This document shows, one piece after another, positions 8,399-18,239 of a stretch of 64,000 nucleotides of DNA. Made by a program: the position numbers and the translations under genes. The stretch's first letter is position 1; each line of letters opens with the position of its first letter. The notes beneath the pieces were generated by a model. It made no database searches and had not been told where the DNA came from. It was given only the letters and a program-made list of their open reading frames with translations. The stretch comes from Lentisphaeria bacterium UBA4640 (GTDB taxonomy: Bacteria; Verrucomicrobiota; Lentisphaeria; Victivallales; UBA1829), in contig DHMO01000045.1 in assembly GCA_002405835.1 (NCBI GenBank), forward strand, positions 34,062 through 98,061, read 5' to 3'.

Positions 8399-9163
8399 AT
8401 GAAAAAGGATTTTTCAAATATGAAAAACGAGAATACGGTTCCAGCTGTTGACAAGGCTCTTGCGATTATTGAATTTCTGTGTGCGCAGGGGCGTCCGGTG
8501 ACGCAGATAGAGATCAACCGGAGCGCGGGAGTGACCCCGACGACGGGGTACCGGATTGTGCAGAGTCTGATGAAGCACAACTGGATCCGCCGGAATCCGA
8601 ACAACACGTATTCTCTCTCCATCGGCATGGTCGGGGTTTTGATGCACTCGCAGCGGAACGGTTTTCTGTTCAGTGCTGCGCAGTCCGTGCTGGACCGCCT
8701 TTCCATGGAAACGAAACTGACCTGCAAACTTTCGATCCGTCAGTGGAATGAACAGGTGGCTGTGCTGCGCGCGGAATCTCCGGAGCCGTTCGCGGTCGGC
8801 GGAAAAAACGGCGTCCGTTTTCCGGTGATAGAAGGATCGGTGGGAGCCGCGCTTCTAGCGGGAGAATCCGATGATGAAATCCGGGCGCTGGCTGAACGGA
8901 CGGCGGATGATATTGCGGAGAAACGGGATGTCAATCTCCTTCTGCGGCGAGTTTCGGAAGTCCGGGCGAAAGGCTGGATTTTCAACCGCGGGAACAGCCG
9001 CTGGCGTGTGGATGCGCTCTCCATGCCGGTGCATGATTCCGGCGGAATGGTTGCGGCCGCGCTGACACTGCTGGGGATTCAGGATGATTTTACGGATTCC
9101 AACCTTCCGAAACGGGTCGCTGCGCTGGAACGCGCGGTTGCGGAAATAGAAAAAGAACTCTAA
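8399..9163 (+). CDS. IclR-family transcriptional regulator
   Basis: The N-terminal winged HTH (VDKALAIIEFLCAQGRPVTQIEINRSAGVTPTTGYRIVQSL) and a length of about 250 aa are typical of IclR. The start was chosen at ATG 8399; ATG 8420 is an alternative. Confidence 0.85.
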   Translation: MKKDFSNMKNENTVPAVDKALAIIEFLCAQGRPVTQIEINRSAGVTPTTGYRIVQSLMKHNWIRRNPNNTYSLSIGMVGVLMHSQRNGFLFSAAQSVLDRLSMETKLTCKLSIRQWNEQVAVLRAESPEPFAVGGKNGVRFPVIEGSVGAALLAGESDDEIRALAERTADDIAEKRDVNLLLRRVSEVRAKGWIFNRGNSRWRVDALSMPVHDSGGMVAAALTLLGIQDDFTDSNLPKRVAALERAVAEIEKEL

Positions 9164-9187
9164 GATTCAACATAAGGAACGAAAAAG

Positions 9188-10504
9188 ATGAAAATCGATC
9201 CCTCGACGCTGAAAATCACCGATGTCCGTTTTGCGGATATCGACGGTGCGCCGAAACGCTGCACTCTGATCAAAGTTTACACGAACCAGGGACTTGTCGG
9301 TTACGGCGAAGTCCGCGACGCCTCCAGTCGCACGTATGCGGCTATGCTCAAAAGCCGTATTCTCGGAGAAAATCCGTGCAATCCGGAGAAGATTTTCCGC
9401 CGCATCAAACAGTTCGGCGGCGATTCCCGTCAGGCGGGCGGAGTCTGCGGACTCGAGCTGGCAATGTGGGACCTCGCGGGCAAGGCATGGGGCGTTCCGG
9501 TCTGGCAGCTTCTCGGCGGAAAATACCGCGATAAAATCCGCTGCTACTGCGACACCGATTCCGAAGGCGGCGGACGCGACATGGGCAAGGCTCTCAAGGA
9601 GCGCATGGCAAAGGGGTTCACCTTCCTCAAGATGGACCTCGGCATTGAGCTGCTGATGGACGTTCCCGGCGCGCTTTCCGCTCCGCTCGGCTTCCTGGAG
9701 AAGATGCGCGAATACAAACACACGGTCTTCAGCACACCGCACGGCTCAATCGACCCGCGAGCGATGCGCGGAGAGGCATATGACCTCTTCAACACGGCGC
9801 ACCCGTTCACCGGAATTCATATTACGGAAGTCGGACTCGACTATCTGGAGAAGTACATGGCGGACGTGCGCGAGGAGATCGGCTATGAAGTTCCGATTGC
9901 GATCGACCACCTCGGACACATTCCGCTGGAAGACTGCATCAAGCTCGGCAAGCGTCTTGAGAAATACAATCTCGCCTGGATGGAAGATCCGGTGCCCTGG
10001 CAGTATACCCAGCAGTATGTCCGTCTTGCCAACTCCACGACCACACCGCTCGGAACCGGCGAAGACATGTACCTGAAAGAGTCGTTCAAGCCGCTTCTGG
10101 AAGCCGGAGCGCTTGCGGTCATTCACCCCGATCTGCTCACGGCGGGCGGAATTCTTGAAACGAAGAAGATCGGCGACATGGCGGAAGAGTACGGCGTTCA
10201 GATGAACATCCACATGGCGGAAAGCCCGATCGCCTGCATGGCTGCGGTGCATGTTGCCGCGGCAACCCGCAACTTCATGGCGCTTGAACTTCACTCGGTC
10301 GATGTCCCGTGGTGGGGCGACCTGGTCAATCCCGCGCTCCGTTACGACGGCGGCTACATCACCGTTCCGAATACCCCGGGACTCGGCATTGAATCGCTGA
10401 ATGAAGAGCTCATCAAGGAAAAACTCCACGCCGATTTCCCGGAAGCCTGGGCTCCCACGACCGAATGGGACAAGGAATGGGCGAACGACCGCCAGTGGTC
10501 CTGA
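9188..10504 (+). CDS. Enolase-superfamily (mandelate racemase/muconate lactonizing enzyme family) sugar-acid dehydratase-like protein
   Basis: 438 aa. The N-terminal capping domain (ITDVR...VYTNQGLVGYGE) is followed by barrel motifs KMDLG, AIDHLGH, WMEDP and GTGED. Confidence 0.85.
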   Translation: MKIDPSTLKITDVRFADIDGAPKRCTLIKVYTNQGLVGYGEVRDASSRTYAAMLKSRILGENPCNPEKIFRRIKQFGGDSRQAGGVCGLELAMWDLAGKAWGVPVWQLLGGKYRDKIRCYCDTDSEGGGRDMGKALKERMAKGFTFLKMDLGIELLMDVPGALSAPLGFLEKMREYKHTVFSTPHGSIDPRAMRGEAYDLFNTAHPFTGIHITEVGLDYLEKYMADVREEIGYEVPIAIDHLGHIPLEDCIKLGKRLEKYNLAWMEDPVPWQYTQQYVRLANSTTTPLGTGEDMYLKESFKPLLEAGALAVIHPDLLTAGGILETKKIGDMAEEYGVQMNIHMAESPIACMAAVHVAAATRNFMALELHSVDVPWWGDLVNPALRYDGGYITVPNTPGLGIESLNEELIKEKLHADFPEAWAPTTEWDKEWANDRQWS

Positions 10505-10544
10505 TTTCAACTTACAGACAACATCTATATAAGGAGAACAAACT

Positions 10545-11300
10545 ATGCCCTCTCTGAAAGACATGCGCGAAAAAGCACAGGAAGCCGGTCTGATGAAACT
10601 CGACCGTCTGATCAAAAACCGTCAGCACATTCCGGACAATGAATTTCCGATTCCGCTCAAGGAACTCTGCGAGCGCTATGAAAAACTTTATACCGGCTGT
10701 ATCAACGACGTGATGCGCGAGCTCTGCCTTCTCAACCAGAATCTTCCCTCCGACATCATGCCGCTGCGGGATGAGATGGTCGTCTGCGGCGAAGCGTTCA
10801 CCGTCAAGAGTGCTCCGAACTGCATGATCGAAGGCGAAATGACCTTCCGCGCACAGATGCTCGACGACATGAAACCGGAAGGCCTTGTTGTCTGGGATAC
10901 CTCGAACGACACGGAAGCCTCTCTCTGGGGCGGCGTCATGACAGCAACCGCGATCACGAAGAAGATCCGCGGCGCCGTCATCGCGGGCGGAATCCGCGAT
11001 ACCAAGCAGATCCTGGAACAGAACTTCCCGGTCTTCTACAAGTACCGCACCAGCAACGGCTCCCTCGGCCGCTGCATGATTACGCACTACCAGGTTCCCG
11101 TCAAGATCGGCAAAGTAACGGTCCGTCCCGGCGACATCATTTTCGGCGACATCGACGGCGTGCTCTGCATTCCGCGCGAAATTGCCTATGATGTGCTCCT
11201 CCGTGCGGAAGCCATCCAGCGCAACGAAGTCGATATCTTCGACTGGGTCCACAGCGGCGACACGATTCAGGAAATTATCGCCAAAGGCGGTTACTTCTAA
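10545..11300 (+). CDS. RraA-family protein (class II pyruvate aldolase / oxaloacetate decarboxylase-like)
   Basis: 251 aa. It carries WGGVMT...GAVIAGGIRD and GDIIFGDIDGVLCIP, which are characteristic of the RraA/HMG-CHA aldolase family. A good SD (AAGGAGA) precedes the start. Confidence 0.8.
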   Translation: MPSLKDMREKAQEAGLMKLDRLIKNRQHIPDNEFPIPLKELCERYEKLYTGCINDVMRELCLLNQNLPSDIMPLRDEMVVCGEAFTVKSAPNCMIEGEMTFRAQMLDDMKPEGLVVWDTSNDTEASLWGGVMTATAITKKIRGAVIAGGIRDTKQILEQNFPVFYKYRTSNGSLGRCMITHYQVPVKIGKVTVRPGDIIFGDIDGVLCIPREIAYDVLLRAEAIQRNEVDIFDWVHSGDTIQEIIAKGGYF

Positions 11301-11316
11301 TTCAGGAGAACTTGAG

Positions 11317-12786
11317 ATGTTCGATATGAGCAAATTCAACGGGGCTATGTCACAAGGCTACTGGAACCGCTGGAATGAAGATGTTCAGAACAGAATCGAC
11401 CGCGATATTGAAGCCAACCGGAAAGCGGACGGCTCCTTCCGCATCGACGGCATCCCCGCCGGTGCGGATGTTAAAGTTGAACAGCTGAAGAGCGAGTTTA
11501 TTTTCGGCGCCCATATTTTCAACTTCGACCAGCTCGGAACTGATGAGTGCAATGCAAAGTACAAGGCGCTCTACGGAACGCTCTTCAACTCTGCGACGAT
11601 TGCGTTTTACTGGAAGACGCTCGAACTGGAAGAGGGCAAGCCGCGTTTCCGCGCCGAGTATCGCGACACTGCGGATTTCTGGAACAGATGTCCGGATCCG
11701 ATGCACCAGCCGCACTGGCGCAGACCCGCAGTGGATCCCGTCGTTGATTTCTGTTTGAGCAAGGGAATCCGTCTGCATGGACATACTCTTGTGTGGAGCA
11801 ACAACCGCTGGCAGGTTCCCGACTGGCTTTTTGCCAAGATTCCGATTGATGCGCTCGCAAAGGCGAACTTCAAACGCAATCCGGTGAACGGAACGCTTGA
11901 AAACGACGCCACGCATGCGGTGTTCGGTGATATGAGCGCGGAGGAATTCGCGGACAAGTATCCTGAATATGCTGCTGAACTGAACGCCGTCGTCGCACGC
12001 CGCATCATGGAAATCGCGTGCCGCTATGGCGACAAAATTGACAGCTGGGACGTGGTAAACGAGAGCGCGACGGATTACGGCAGCGGTCTCATGGTTCCCG
12101 GTTCGCGCATCTGCAAAGCCTGGTGCGGTCCGATGCCGGGCGACTATACCTACCGGGGATTCAAGATTGCCGAAAGCATTCTGCCCGCACGCGCCAAACT
12201 CAATATCAATGATTACAACATGGGCGAGGAGTATTTGAATCAGACCCGCGATCTGCTGAAACGCGGCTGCAAAATCGACATCATGGGAGCTCAGATGCAT
12301 CTGTTCGATCCGCAGCAGTGTCTGGATATTGCGGACGGCGTTTCCGACAACCAGTCGCCAGCTTCGGTGACGGAGACATTTGAGCGTCTGGGCAAAGCCG
12401 GTCTTCCGATTCATCTGAGCGAAATCACGATCACGGCTCCGCACAACGATGAACGCGGACAGGCGATTCAGGCGGTCATGATGCACAACCTGTACCGTCT
12501 GTGGTTCAGCTTGAAGCCGATGATGGGCATCACCTGGTGGAATGTGGTCGATGACTGCGGCGCTCCGGGCGAACCCTCGGTCTCCGGACTTTTCAGCCGG
12601 AATATGGATCCCAAACCGGCGTATTTCGCCATGAACGATCTTGTCAACAACACATGGAAGACACGAACCTGCGTGAAGGCCGGAAAGAACGGCGAAGTTG
12701 AATTCCGCGGTTTCCGCGGAACCTACAAGCTGACATGGCTTGACATTTCCGGGAAAGAGTGCTCCCAAGAGGTCGTCCTTCATTAA
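11317..12786 (+). CDS. Glycoside hydrolase family 10 (xylanase-like), no signal peptide
   Basis: The start is at ATG 11317 behind AGGAGA. GH10-like motifs are HGHTLVW, WDVVNE (acid/base), NDYN, GAQMH and HLSEITI (nucleophile region). Confidence 0.8.
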   Translation: MFDMSKFNGAMSQGYWNRWNEDVQNRIDRDIEANRKADGSFRIDGIPAGADVKVEQLKSEFIFGAHIFNFDQLGTDECNAKYKALYGTLFNSATIAFYWKTLELEEGKPRFRAEYRDTADFWNRCPDPMHQPHWRRPAVDPVVDFCLSKGIRLHGHTLVWSNNRWQVPDWLFAKIPIDALAKANFKRNPVNGTLENDATHAVFGDMSAEEFADKYPEYAAELNAVVARRIMEIACRYGDKIDSWDVVNESATDYGSGLMVPGSRICKAWCGPMPGDYTYRGFKIAESILPARAKLNINDYNMGEEYLNQTRDLLKRGCKIDIMGAQMHLFDPQQCLDIADGVSDNQSPASVTETFERLGKAGLPIHLSEITITAPHNDERGQAIQAVMMHNLYRLWFSLKPMMGITWWNVVDDCGAPGEPSVSGLFSRNMDPKPAYFAMNDLVNNTWKTRTCVKAGKNGEVEFRGFRGTYKLTWLDISGKECSQEVVLH

Positions 12787-12798
12787 GGAGAAAGAAAA

Positions 12799-13554
12799 AT
12801 GAATGCAAATCCGTTTGATCTGACTGGAAAAACGGCGCTTGTCACGGGCTCGAGCCGGGGAATCGGAAAGGCGATCGCCTTTCTGCTCGGCCGTTCCGGA
12901 GCGCATGTGATTTTCCACGGCGTCAAGATGGGCGATGCGCTTCAGTCAGCGCTTTCCGAGGCGAAAGCGGAGGGAATCGACTGTTCCGCTCTGACCGCCG
13001 ATCTCGGCTGCGAAGAATCCGCCGCGAAACTCGCCGCAGACTGTGCGGGAAAGGTGGATATTCTTGTTCTGAACGCATCGGTCCAGCAGTATATGTACCT
13101 GCGCGATTTTGAAACCCGGGAATTCGAGCGTGAGATCAACGCGAATCTCCGCAGCGCATATCTGATGCTGAAAGCGTTCCTCCCGCCGATGCAGGCGCGG
13201 AAATGGGGACGCGTCATCAGTGTGGGCAGCGTGAACCAGATGCGTCCGGCGGCGCGCCTGAGCGTCTATTCCGTGACGAAAGCCGCGCTGCAGAATCTGA
13301 TGGACAACAGTGCGAAGGAATATGCGTGTGACGGCATTACGTTCAACACGATTGTTCCGGGCATTATCTGCACTGACCGCAACCGCAAGATTCTGTCCGA
13401 TCCGGAGTGGATTCCGAAGTTTCAGGCGATGGTTCCCGCCGGACGGTTCGGCACACCGGAAGACTGTGCCGGAGCGGTACTGCTTCTTGCTTCGGATGCA
13501 GGCAGTTACATCACCGGTGCTCAGATTCCGATCGCCGGCGGAATGCAGCTCTGA
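12799..13554 (+). CDS. SDR-family oxidoreductase
   Basis: 251 aa with TGSSRGIGKAIA (TGxxxGxG), NAS, and the YSVTKAAL (YxxxK) catalytic motif. Confidence 0.9.
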   Translation: MNANPFDLTGKTALVTGSSRGIGKAIAFLLGRSGAHVIFHGVKMGDALQSALSEAKAEGIDCSALTADLGCEESAAKLAADCAGKVDILVLNASVQQYMYLRDFETREFEREINANLRSAYLMLKAFLPPMQARKWGRVISVGSVNQMRPAARLSVYSVTKAALQNLMDNSAKEYACDGITFNTIVPGIICTDRNRKILSDPEWIPKFQAMVPAGRFGTPEDCAGAVLLLASDAGSYITGAQIPIAGGMQL

Positions 13555-13562
13555 TTTTATCC

Positions 13563-13606
13563 CGTGTGTGGAATGTTCATGATTTTGCACACGGGATTTT
13601 TTTGTT
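13563..13606 (+). terminator. Rho-independent terminator after the SDR gene
   Basis: An 8-bp perfect stem, CCCGTGTG (13563-13570) / CACACGGG (13590-13597), is followed by ATTTTTTTGTTTT. Confidence 0.7.
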
Positions 13607-13719
13607 TTAATCCAATTTTACAGAATCGGACAAAACGGCGCAAATAATATAAGAATAGAGACAAAATGTCTCGTTTGTAAAAATCTTTGAAGCTCCGGAT
13701 GATTTGGCAAGAATTATGC

Positions 13720-13763
13720 TTGAACTCCTTTCGAAAATAAAATAACAAAGTAAAGGAGATCAA
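13720..13763 (+). promoter_or_regulatory. Candidate SD-sequestering leader hairpin upstream of clpB
   Basis: TTGA-A-CTCCTTT (13720-13731) pairs with AAAGGAG-A-TCAA (13752-13763). That is 11 bp with one A.A mismatch and a 20-nt A-rich loop. The right arm is the clpB Shine-Dalgarno sequence. Confidence 0.4.
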
Positions 13764-13768
13764 AACTT

Positions 13769-16360
13769 ATGGACATGGAAAAACTTACCACGAAATCCAG
13801 AGAAGCGATGATCGCATCCCAGAACATTGCGACTGAATACGGTCATCAGGAGATCCGCCCCATTCACCTGCTCAAGGCGCTCGCGGATCAGGAAGGCGGA
13901 CTGATTCCATCGCTGCTTAAAAAGATGAACATCGATTTCGGCAGATTCAGTCTAGCCGTTGAAAAAGAGCTCCGCTCCATCCCGTCCGTTTCCGGACCCG
14001 GTGCGCAGGAGAGCTATACCTCCCGCGATTTCAGCCAGGTGCTCATCAAGGCAAAAGAGATCGCCGAATATATGAAGGATGATTACATCAGTGTCGAACA
14101 TCTGTTCCTCGCTCTGCTTCAGACGGATGCCAAGTGCGGCGCTCTGCTCAAGAGCCTCGGAGTTGATGAAAACACGGTGCTGAATGCTCTGAAAGCGGTG
14201 CGCGGAAACCAGCGCGTCACCAATGATTCGCCGGAATCCACATTCGAGGCGCTTGAGAAATACGGACGCGACCTTACCGCCGCGGCCGCACAGAACAAGC
14301 TCGATCCGGTGATCGGACGTGATGATGAAATCCGCCGCACGATTCAGATTCTTTCGCGCAGAACGAAAAACAACCCCGTTCTGATCGGTGAGCCGGGCGT
14401 CGGCAAAACCGCAATCGTGGAAGGTCTCGCAAACCGTATTATGAGCGGTGACGTGCCCGAAGGTCTGAAAGACAAAAAGCTCGTTGCGCTTGATATGGGC
14501 GCGCTGATCGCCGGTGCAAAGTACCGCGGTGAATTCGAAGAGCGTCTCAAAGCCGTTCTGAAAGAGGTCACCTCCTCGGAAGGACGCATCATCCTTTTCA
14601 TTGATGAACTTCATACCGTCGTCGGCGCTGGTGCCGGAGGCGAGGGCGCCATGGATGCGGGCAATCTGCTTAAACCTCTGCTCGCCCGCGGCGAACTCCA
14701 CTGTATCGGCGCGACCACGCTTGACGAGTACCGCAAGTATATCGAAAAGGATCCCGCGCTGGAGCGTCGTTTCCAGGCGGTTCTGGTTCCCCAGCCGAGC
14801 GTCGAGGACACCATCGCGATTCTGCGCGGACTCAAGGAGCGTTACGAAGTGCATCACGGCGTGAAGATCAAAGACTCCGCCATCATCGCAGCGGCGACGC
14901 TTTCCGACAAGTACATTGCAGACCGTTTCCTCCCCGACAAGGCGATTGACCTGATCGATGAGGCCGCGGCAAAACTCCGCACGGAGATTGACTCCTGCCC
15001 GGTCGAGATCGATGAGATCGAGCGTAAGAGAATGCGGACGGAAATTGAGCTTGCCGCGTTGAAGAAAGAGACGGATGATGCATCCAAGGCGCGTCGCGAG
15101 GACCTCGAAAAGGAACTTGCCGAGCTGAAGGAAAAGGCTGCTGTTCTCAAAACTGAATGGGAAGCCGAGAAAAAGTCGATTTCGGATGTCGGAACCCTGC
15201 GTGAAAGTCTTGAACTTGCGAAACGCAATCTTGCGAAAGCGGAGCGCGAGTACGATCTGAACAAGGCGGCGGAACTGCGTCACGGCATTATCCCCGGTCT
15301 CGAAAAGCAGATCAAGGCGATTGAGGAGAAGGTTAAAAACGACTCCGGCAAACGCCTGCTCAAAGAACAGGTGGATGAAGAGGACATTGCGGAAATCGTC
15401 GCCCGCTGGACGCACATTCCGGTCAGCAAGCTGGTGCAGGGAGAGCGTGAAAAACTTCTTGCTCTTCCGCAGAAACTGCATGAGCGTGTTGTGGGACAGG
15501 ATGACGCAGTTACCGCAGTCGCTGATTCGGTGCTCCGCGCCCGTGCCGGACTGAAGGATCCGAAACGTCCGATAGCATCGTTCATCTTCCTCGGACCTAC
15601 CGGCGTAGGTAAAACCGAGCTGGCGAAGGCTCTTGCGGAAGATCTGTTCGACGACGAGCGCGCAATGATCCGTATTGATATGTCGGAATACATGGAAAAA
15701 CACAGCGTGTCGCGTCTGGTCGGCGCTCCTCCGGGATACGTCGGTTATGACGAGGGCGGACAGCTTACTGAAGCGGTTCGCCGCAGACCGTACTCCGTGA
15801 TTCTGTTTGATGAGATTGAGAAGGCTCACCACGATGTCTTCAATATCTTCCTGCAGATTCTGGATGACGGCGCGCTGACCGATTCGCGCGGTCGTCACGT
15901 GGACTTCAAGAATACGATCATCATCATGACCTCAAACCTCGGCAGCGACATTCTGCTCGACGCAGCGGCGAAGGGCAAACTTGAGGATGCTCAGGTGCGC
16001 GAGGATGTGATGAATCTCATGAAGCAGAACTTCCGTCCGGAGTTCCTGAACCGTGTGGATGAAATTCTGATGTTCCATGCGCTGAAACTTGAGGACATTG
16101 AACGGATTCTGAAGATTCAGATGGGACGTTTCTCGGAGCGTCTTGCCGGACTCGGCGTGAAAGTCGAGATGACCGATGCCGCTTCGAAGTACCTCGCGAA
16201 AGAGGGGTACGATCCGCTTTACGGAGCACGTCCGCTGAAACGCGTGATCGTGAAGGAGATCGAAACGCCGGTGTCGAAACTGATTGTCGGCGGCAAACTG
16301 ATCGAAGGTTCCACGCTGAAAATCGACGCGGAAAACGAAAGTTTGAAGTTCTCTTATTGA
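13769..16360 (+). CDS. clpB: ATP-dependent chaperone/disaggregase ClpB
   Basis: 863 aa with two AAA+ modules ([15 protein letters not shown] and [15 protein letters not shown]), a long coiled-coil middle domain and a Clp N-domain. Confidence 0.95.
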   Translation: MDMEKLTTKSREAMIASQNIATEYGHQEIRPIHLLKALADQEGGLIPSLLKKMNIDFGRFSLAVEKELRSIPSVSGPGAQESYTSRDFSQVLIKAKEIAEYMKDDYISVEHLFLALLQTDAKCGALLKSLGVDENTVLNALKAVRGNQRVTNDSPESTFEALEKYGRDLTAAAAQNKLDPVIGRDDEIRRTIQILSRRTKNNPVLIGEPGVGKTAIVEGLANRIMSGDVPEGLKDKKLVALDMGALIAGAKYRGEFEERLKAVLKEVTSSEGRIILFIDELHTVVGAGAGGEGAMDAGNLLKPLLARGELHCIGATTLDEYRKYIEKDPALERRFQAVLVPQPSVEDTIAILRGLKERYEVHHGVKIKDSAIIAAATLSDKYIADRFLPDKAIDLIDEAAAKLRTEIDSCPVEIDEIERKRMRTEIELAALKKETDDASKARREDLEKELAELKEKAAVLKTEWEAEKKSISDVGTLRESLELAKRNLAKAEREYDLNKAAELRHGIIPGLEKQIKAIEEKVKNDSGKRLLKEQVDEEDIAEIVARWTHIPVSKLVQGEREKLLALPQKLHERVVGQDDAVTAVADSVLRARAGLKDPKRPIASFIFLGPTGVGKTELAKALAEDLFDDERAMIRIDMSEYMEKHSVSRLVGAPPGYVGYDEGGQLTEAVRRRPYSVILFDEIEKAHHDVFNIFLQILDDGALTDSRGRHVDFKNTIIIMTSNLGSDILLDAAAKGKLEDAQVREDVMNLMKQNFRPEFLNRVDEILMFHALKLEDIERILKIQMGRFSERLAGLGVKVEMTDAASKYLAKEGYDPLYGARPLKRVIVKEIETPVSKLIVGGKLIEGSTLKIDAENESLKFSY

Positions 16361-16370
16361 AAAACGCGCA

Positions 16371-16406
16371 AAGAGGCATATATTACCGATATATATGTCT
16401 CTTTTT
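16371..16406 (+). terminator. Rho-independent terminator after clpB
   Basis: A 13-bp stem, AAGAGGCATATAT / ATATATGTCTCTT (one G.U pair), has a 7-nt loop and is followed by TTT. Confidence 0.65.
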
Positions 16407-16432
16407 AACGCGCAACGGAAGGAATGAGAAAT

Positions 16433-17038
16433 ATGTCAGAAGAAGAAAAGAAGCATCACCACCACGCTCCGGAAGGGCAGGGTGAATCCGATAAGCATGA
16501 ACAGCCGCAGGCGGAGAAGACGGCGGAGTCCAACTTCCCTGAAGCGGAGGAGAAACAGCTTCAGGAAGAGCATGACAAGAAGGTGAAAGAACTGGAAGCC
16601 AAGCTCGCCGAGGCCGAGGACAAGCGCCTGAGATGTTATGCGGAGATGGACAACCTCCGCAAACGCACCGCGAAGGAGATGGAAAATCTGCGTCTGAATG
16701 TTCAGCAGGATACGATTTCCCCGTTCCTTCAGGTGTTCGATCACTTCGCGATGGCGGTTGCGGCGTCGGAGAAATCCGATAATCTGAAATCTCTGCTTCA
16801 GGGAATGAAGATGATCGGGAATGAATTCGACAAGGCGTTTTCCGAACTCGGAGTGACGAAGATTGACGCGGTCGGACAGGATTTCGACCCGAATCTTCAT
16901 GAAGCGGTCTCCCAGGAGGCGTCGGATACTGTGCCGCAGGGCAAAGTGATCCGTCAGTGGAGCTGCGGCTACAAGACACCGCTCCGGCTGCTGAAGCCGG
17001 CTATGGTTGTGGTCAGCTCCGGACCGGAACAGAAATAA
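16433..17038 (+). CDS. grpE: Nucleotide exchange factor GrpE
   Basis: It has a GrpE-type coiled coil (RLRCYAEMDNLRKRTAKE) and a C-terminal beta domain. ATG 16433 lies 9 nt after GGAAGGA; the alternative ATG 16424 abuts the SD. Confidence 0.9.
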   Translation: MSEEEKKHHHHAPEGQGESDKHEQPQAEKTAESNFPEAEEKQLQEEHDKKVKELEAKLAEAEDKRLRCYAEMDNLRKRTAKEMENLRLNVQQDTISPFLQVFDHFAMAVAASEKSDNLKSLLQGMKMIGNEFDKAFSELGVTKIDAVGQDFDPNLHEAVSQEASDTVPQGKVIRQWSCGYKTPLRLLKPAMVVVSSGPEQK

Positions 17039-17073
17039 CATGCGCAACAGCGCATATTTGAGGTAAACACACA

Positions 17074-18237
17074 ATGGCAGCAAACGAAGATTATTACAAA
17101 GTGCTCGGTTTGACGAAATCTGCGTCGGCCGATGAAATCAAGCGCGCATACCGTAAGCTTGCCGTGAAATATCATCCGGATAAAAACCCCGGAAACAAGG
17201 CGGCGGAGGAGAAGTTCAAACAGGTCTCCGAAGCCTATGAAGTGCTCAGCGACCCGAAGAAACGTGCCGATTACGATCGGTTCGGTTCCGATATGTTCAA
17301 CCGCGGAGCCGGCGGGGCGGGCGGTGCCGGAGGCGGATATTCCTACTCCGGAAACTTCCGCAACCCGAACGATCTTTTCCGCGACATTTTCGGACAGTCC
17401 GGAACCGGCGGAATCAATCTCGAAGATCTTTTCGGCGGTGCGACGGGGAGACGCTCCTCGCGCCGTTCGCGCGGTCAGCGCGGAAACGATCTCCAGTACG
17501 AGATTGAAATTTCGCTTGATGAAGCGTTCAACGGCATCAAAGAAAAAGAGATCCGTTTCAGCAAGCTGGTTCCCTGCTCGGTTTGCGGCGGAACAGGCTC
17601 CGACCCGAACGCGGGCAGATCGACCTGCCCCGATTGCGGCGGTCGGGGACAGGTGCCGGGCATTTTCGGCGCTCAGGCATGCCCTCGCTGCGGCGGAAGC
17701 GGACAGATTGCAAGTCCGTGCCGTGCATGCGGCGGTCAGGGACGTGTTCAGGCAACCCGCGACCTTAAGGTGCATATCCCCGCGGGAGTCGACAACGGCT
17801 CCAAGCTGAGAGTGTCCGGGGAGGGGGAAGCCGGCGTGCAGGGCGGTGCGTCGGGCGATCTTTATGTGATTGTCAAACTGCGTCCGCACAATATTTTCAA
17901 GCGCGATGGGCTGAATGTCATCTGCGAGGTTCCCGTTCCGTTCGCAACGGCGGTCGGAGGCGGCGTCATAGATGTTCCCACCATGACCGGCAAAGTCCGC
18001 ATGAAAGTTCCCGAGGGAACCCAGAGCGGCGCAATGCTCCGCATCAAGGGACGCGGTTTCCCCGCGCTCAAGGGCGGCGGAAAGGGCGATCAGCTGGTTC
18101 GGATACAGGTTGAAACACCGTTCTCGCTGACAAAGCAGCAGAAGGATCTGCTGAAATATTTCACCGATTCGCTGACTCCTGCGAACCATCCGCTGCAGCA
18201 GAGGTTTGAAGAAGCCGCGAAGCAATATATGAGCTGA
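17074..18237 (+). CDS. dnaJ: Molecular chaperone DnaJ
   Basis: It has a J-domain with HPD (KYHPDKNPG), a G/F-rich linker and four CxxCxGxG zinc motifs ([32 protein letters not shown]). Confidence 0.95.
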   Translation: MAANEDYYKVLGLTKSASADEIKRAYRKLAVKYHPDKNPGNKAAEEKFKQVSEAYEVLSDPKKRADYDRFGSDMFNRGAGGAGGAGGGYSYSGNFRNPNDLFRDIFGQSGTGGINLEDLFGGATGRRSSRRSRGQRGNDLQYEIEISLDEAFNGIKEKEIRFSKLVPCSVCGGTGSDPNAGRSTCPDCGGRGQVPGIFGAQACPRCGGSGQIASPCRACGGQGRVQATRDLKVHIPAGVDNGSKLRVSGEGEAGVQGGASGDLYVIVKLRPHNIFKRDGLNVICEVPVPFATAVGGGVIDVPTMTGKVRMKVPEGTQSGAMLRIKGRGFPALKGGGKGDQLVRIQVETPFSLTKQQKDLLKYFTDSLTPANHPLQQRFEEAAKQYMS

Positions 18238-18239
18238 GT

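Noticed and set aside
13952-15898. 648-aa ORF antisense to clpB. Similar very long antisense ORFs lie opposite aspS (28563-30488), fucI (39543-41375), the arabinose-isomerase-like gene (55721-57529), GH10 (11350-12918), the GH3 gene (33895-35094) and asnB (4142-5332).
   Set aside because: Each lies entirely within a sense-strand gene that has unambiguous conserved motifs. Their translations are Arg/Gly/Ala/Asp-rich low-information sequence, typical of stop-poor shadow frames in G+C-rich DNA, and none has its own SD or flanking signals.
16361-17073. CIRCE/HrcA operator upstream of grpE or dnaJ.
   Set aside because: No TTAGCACTC-N9-GAGTGCTAA-like element is present. The only inverted repeat (16371-16406) is followed by a T-run and is better explained as the clpB terminator.
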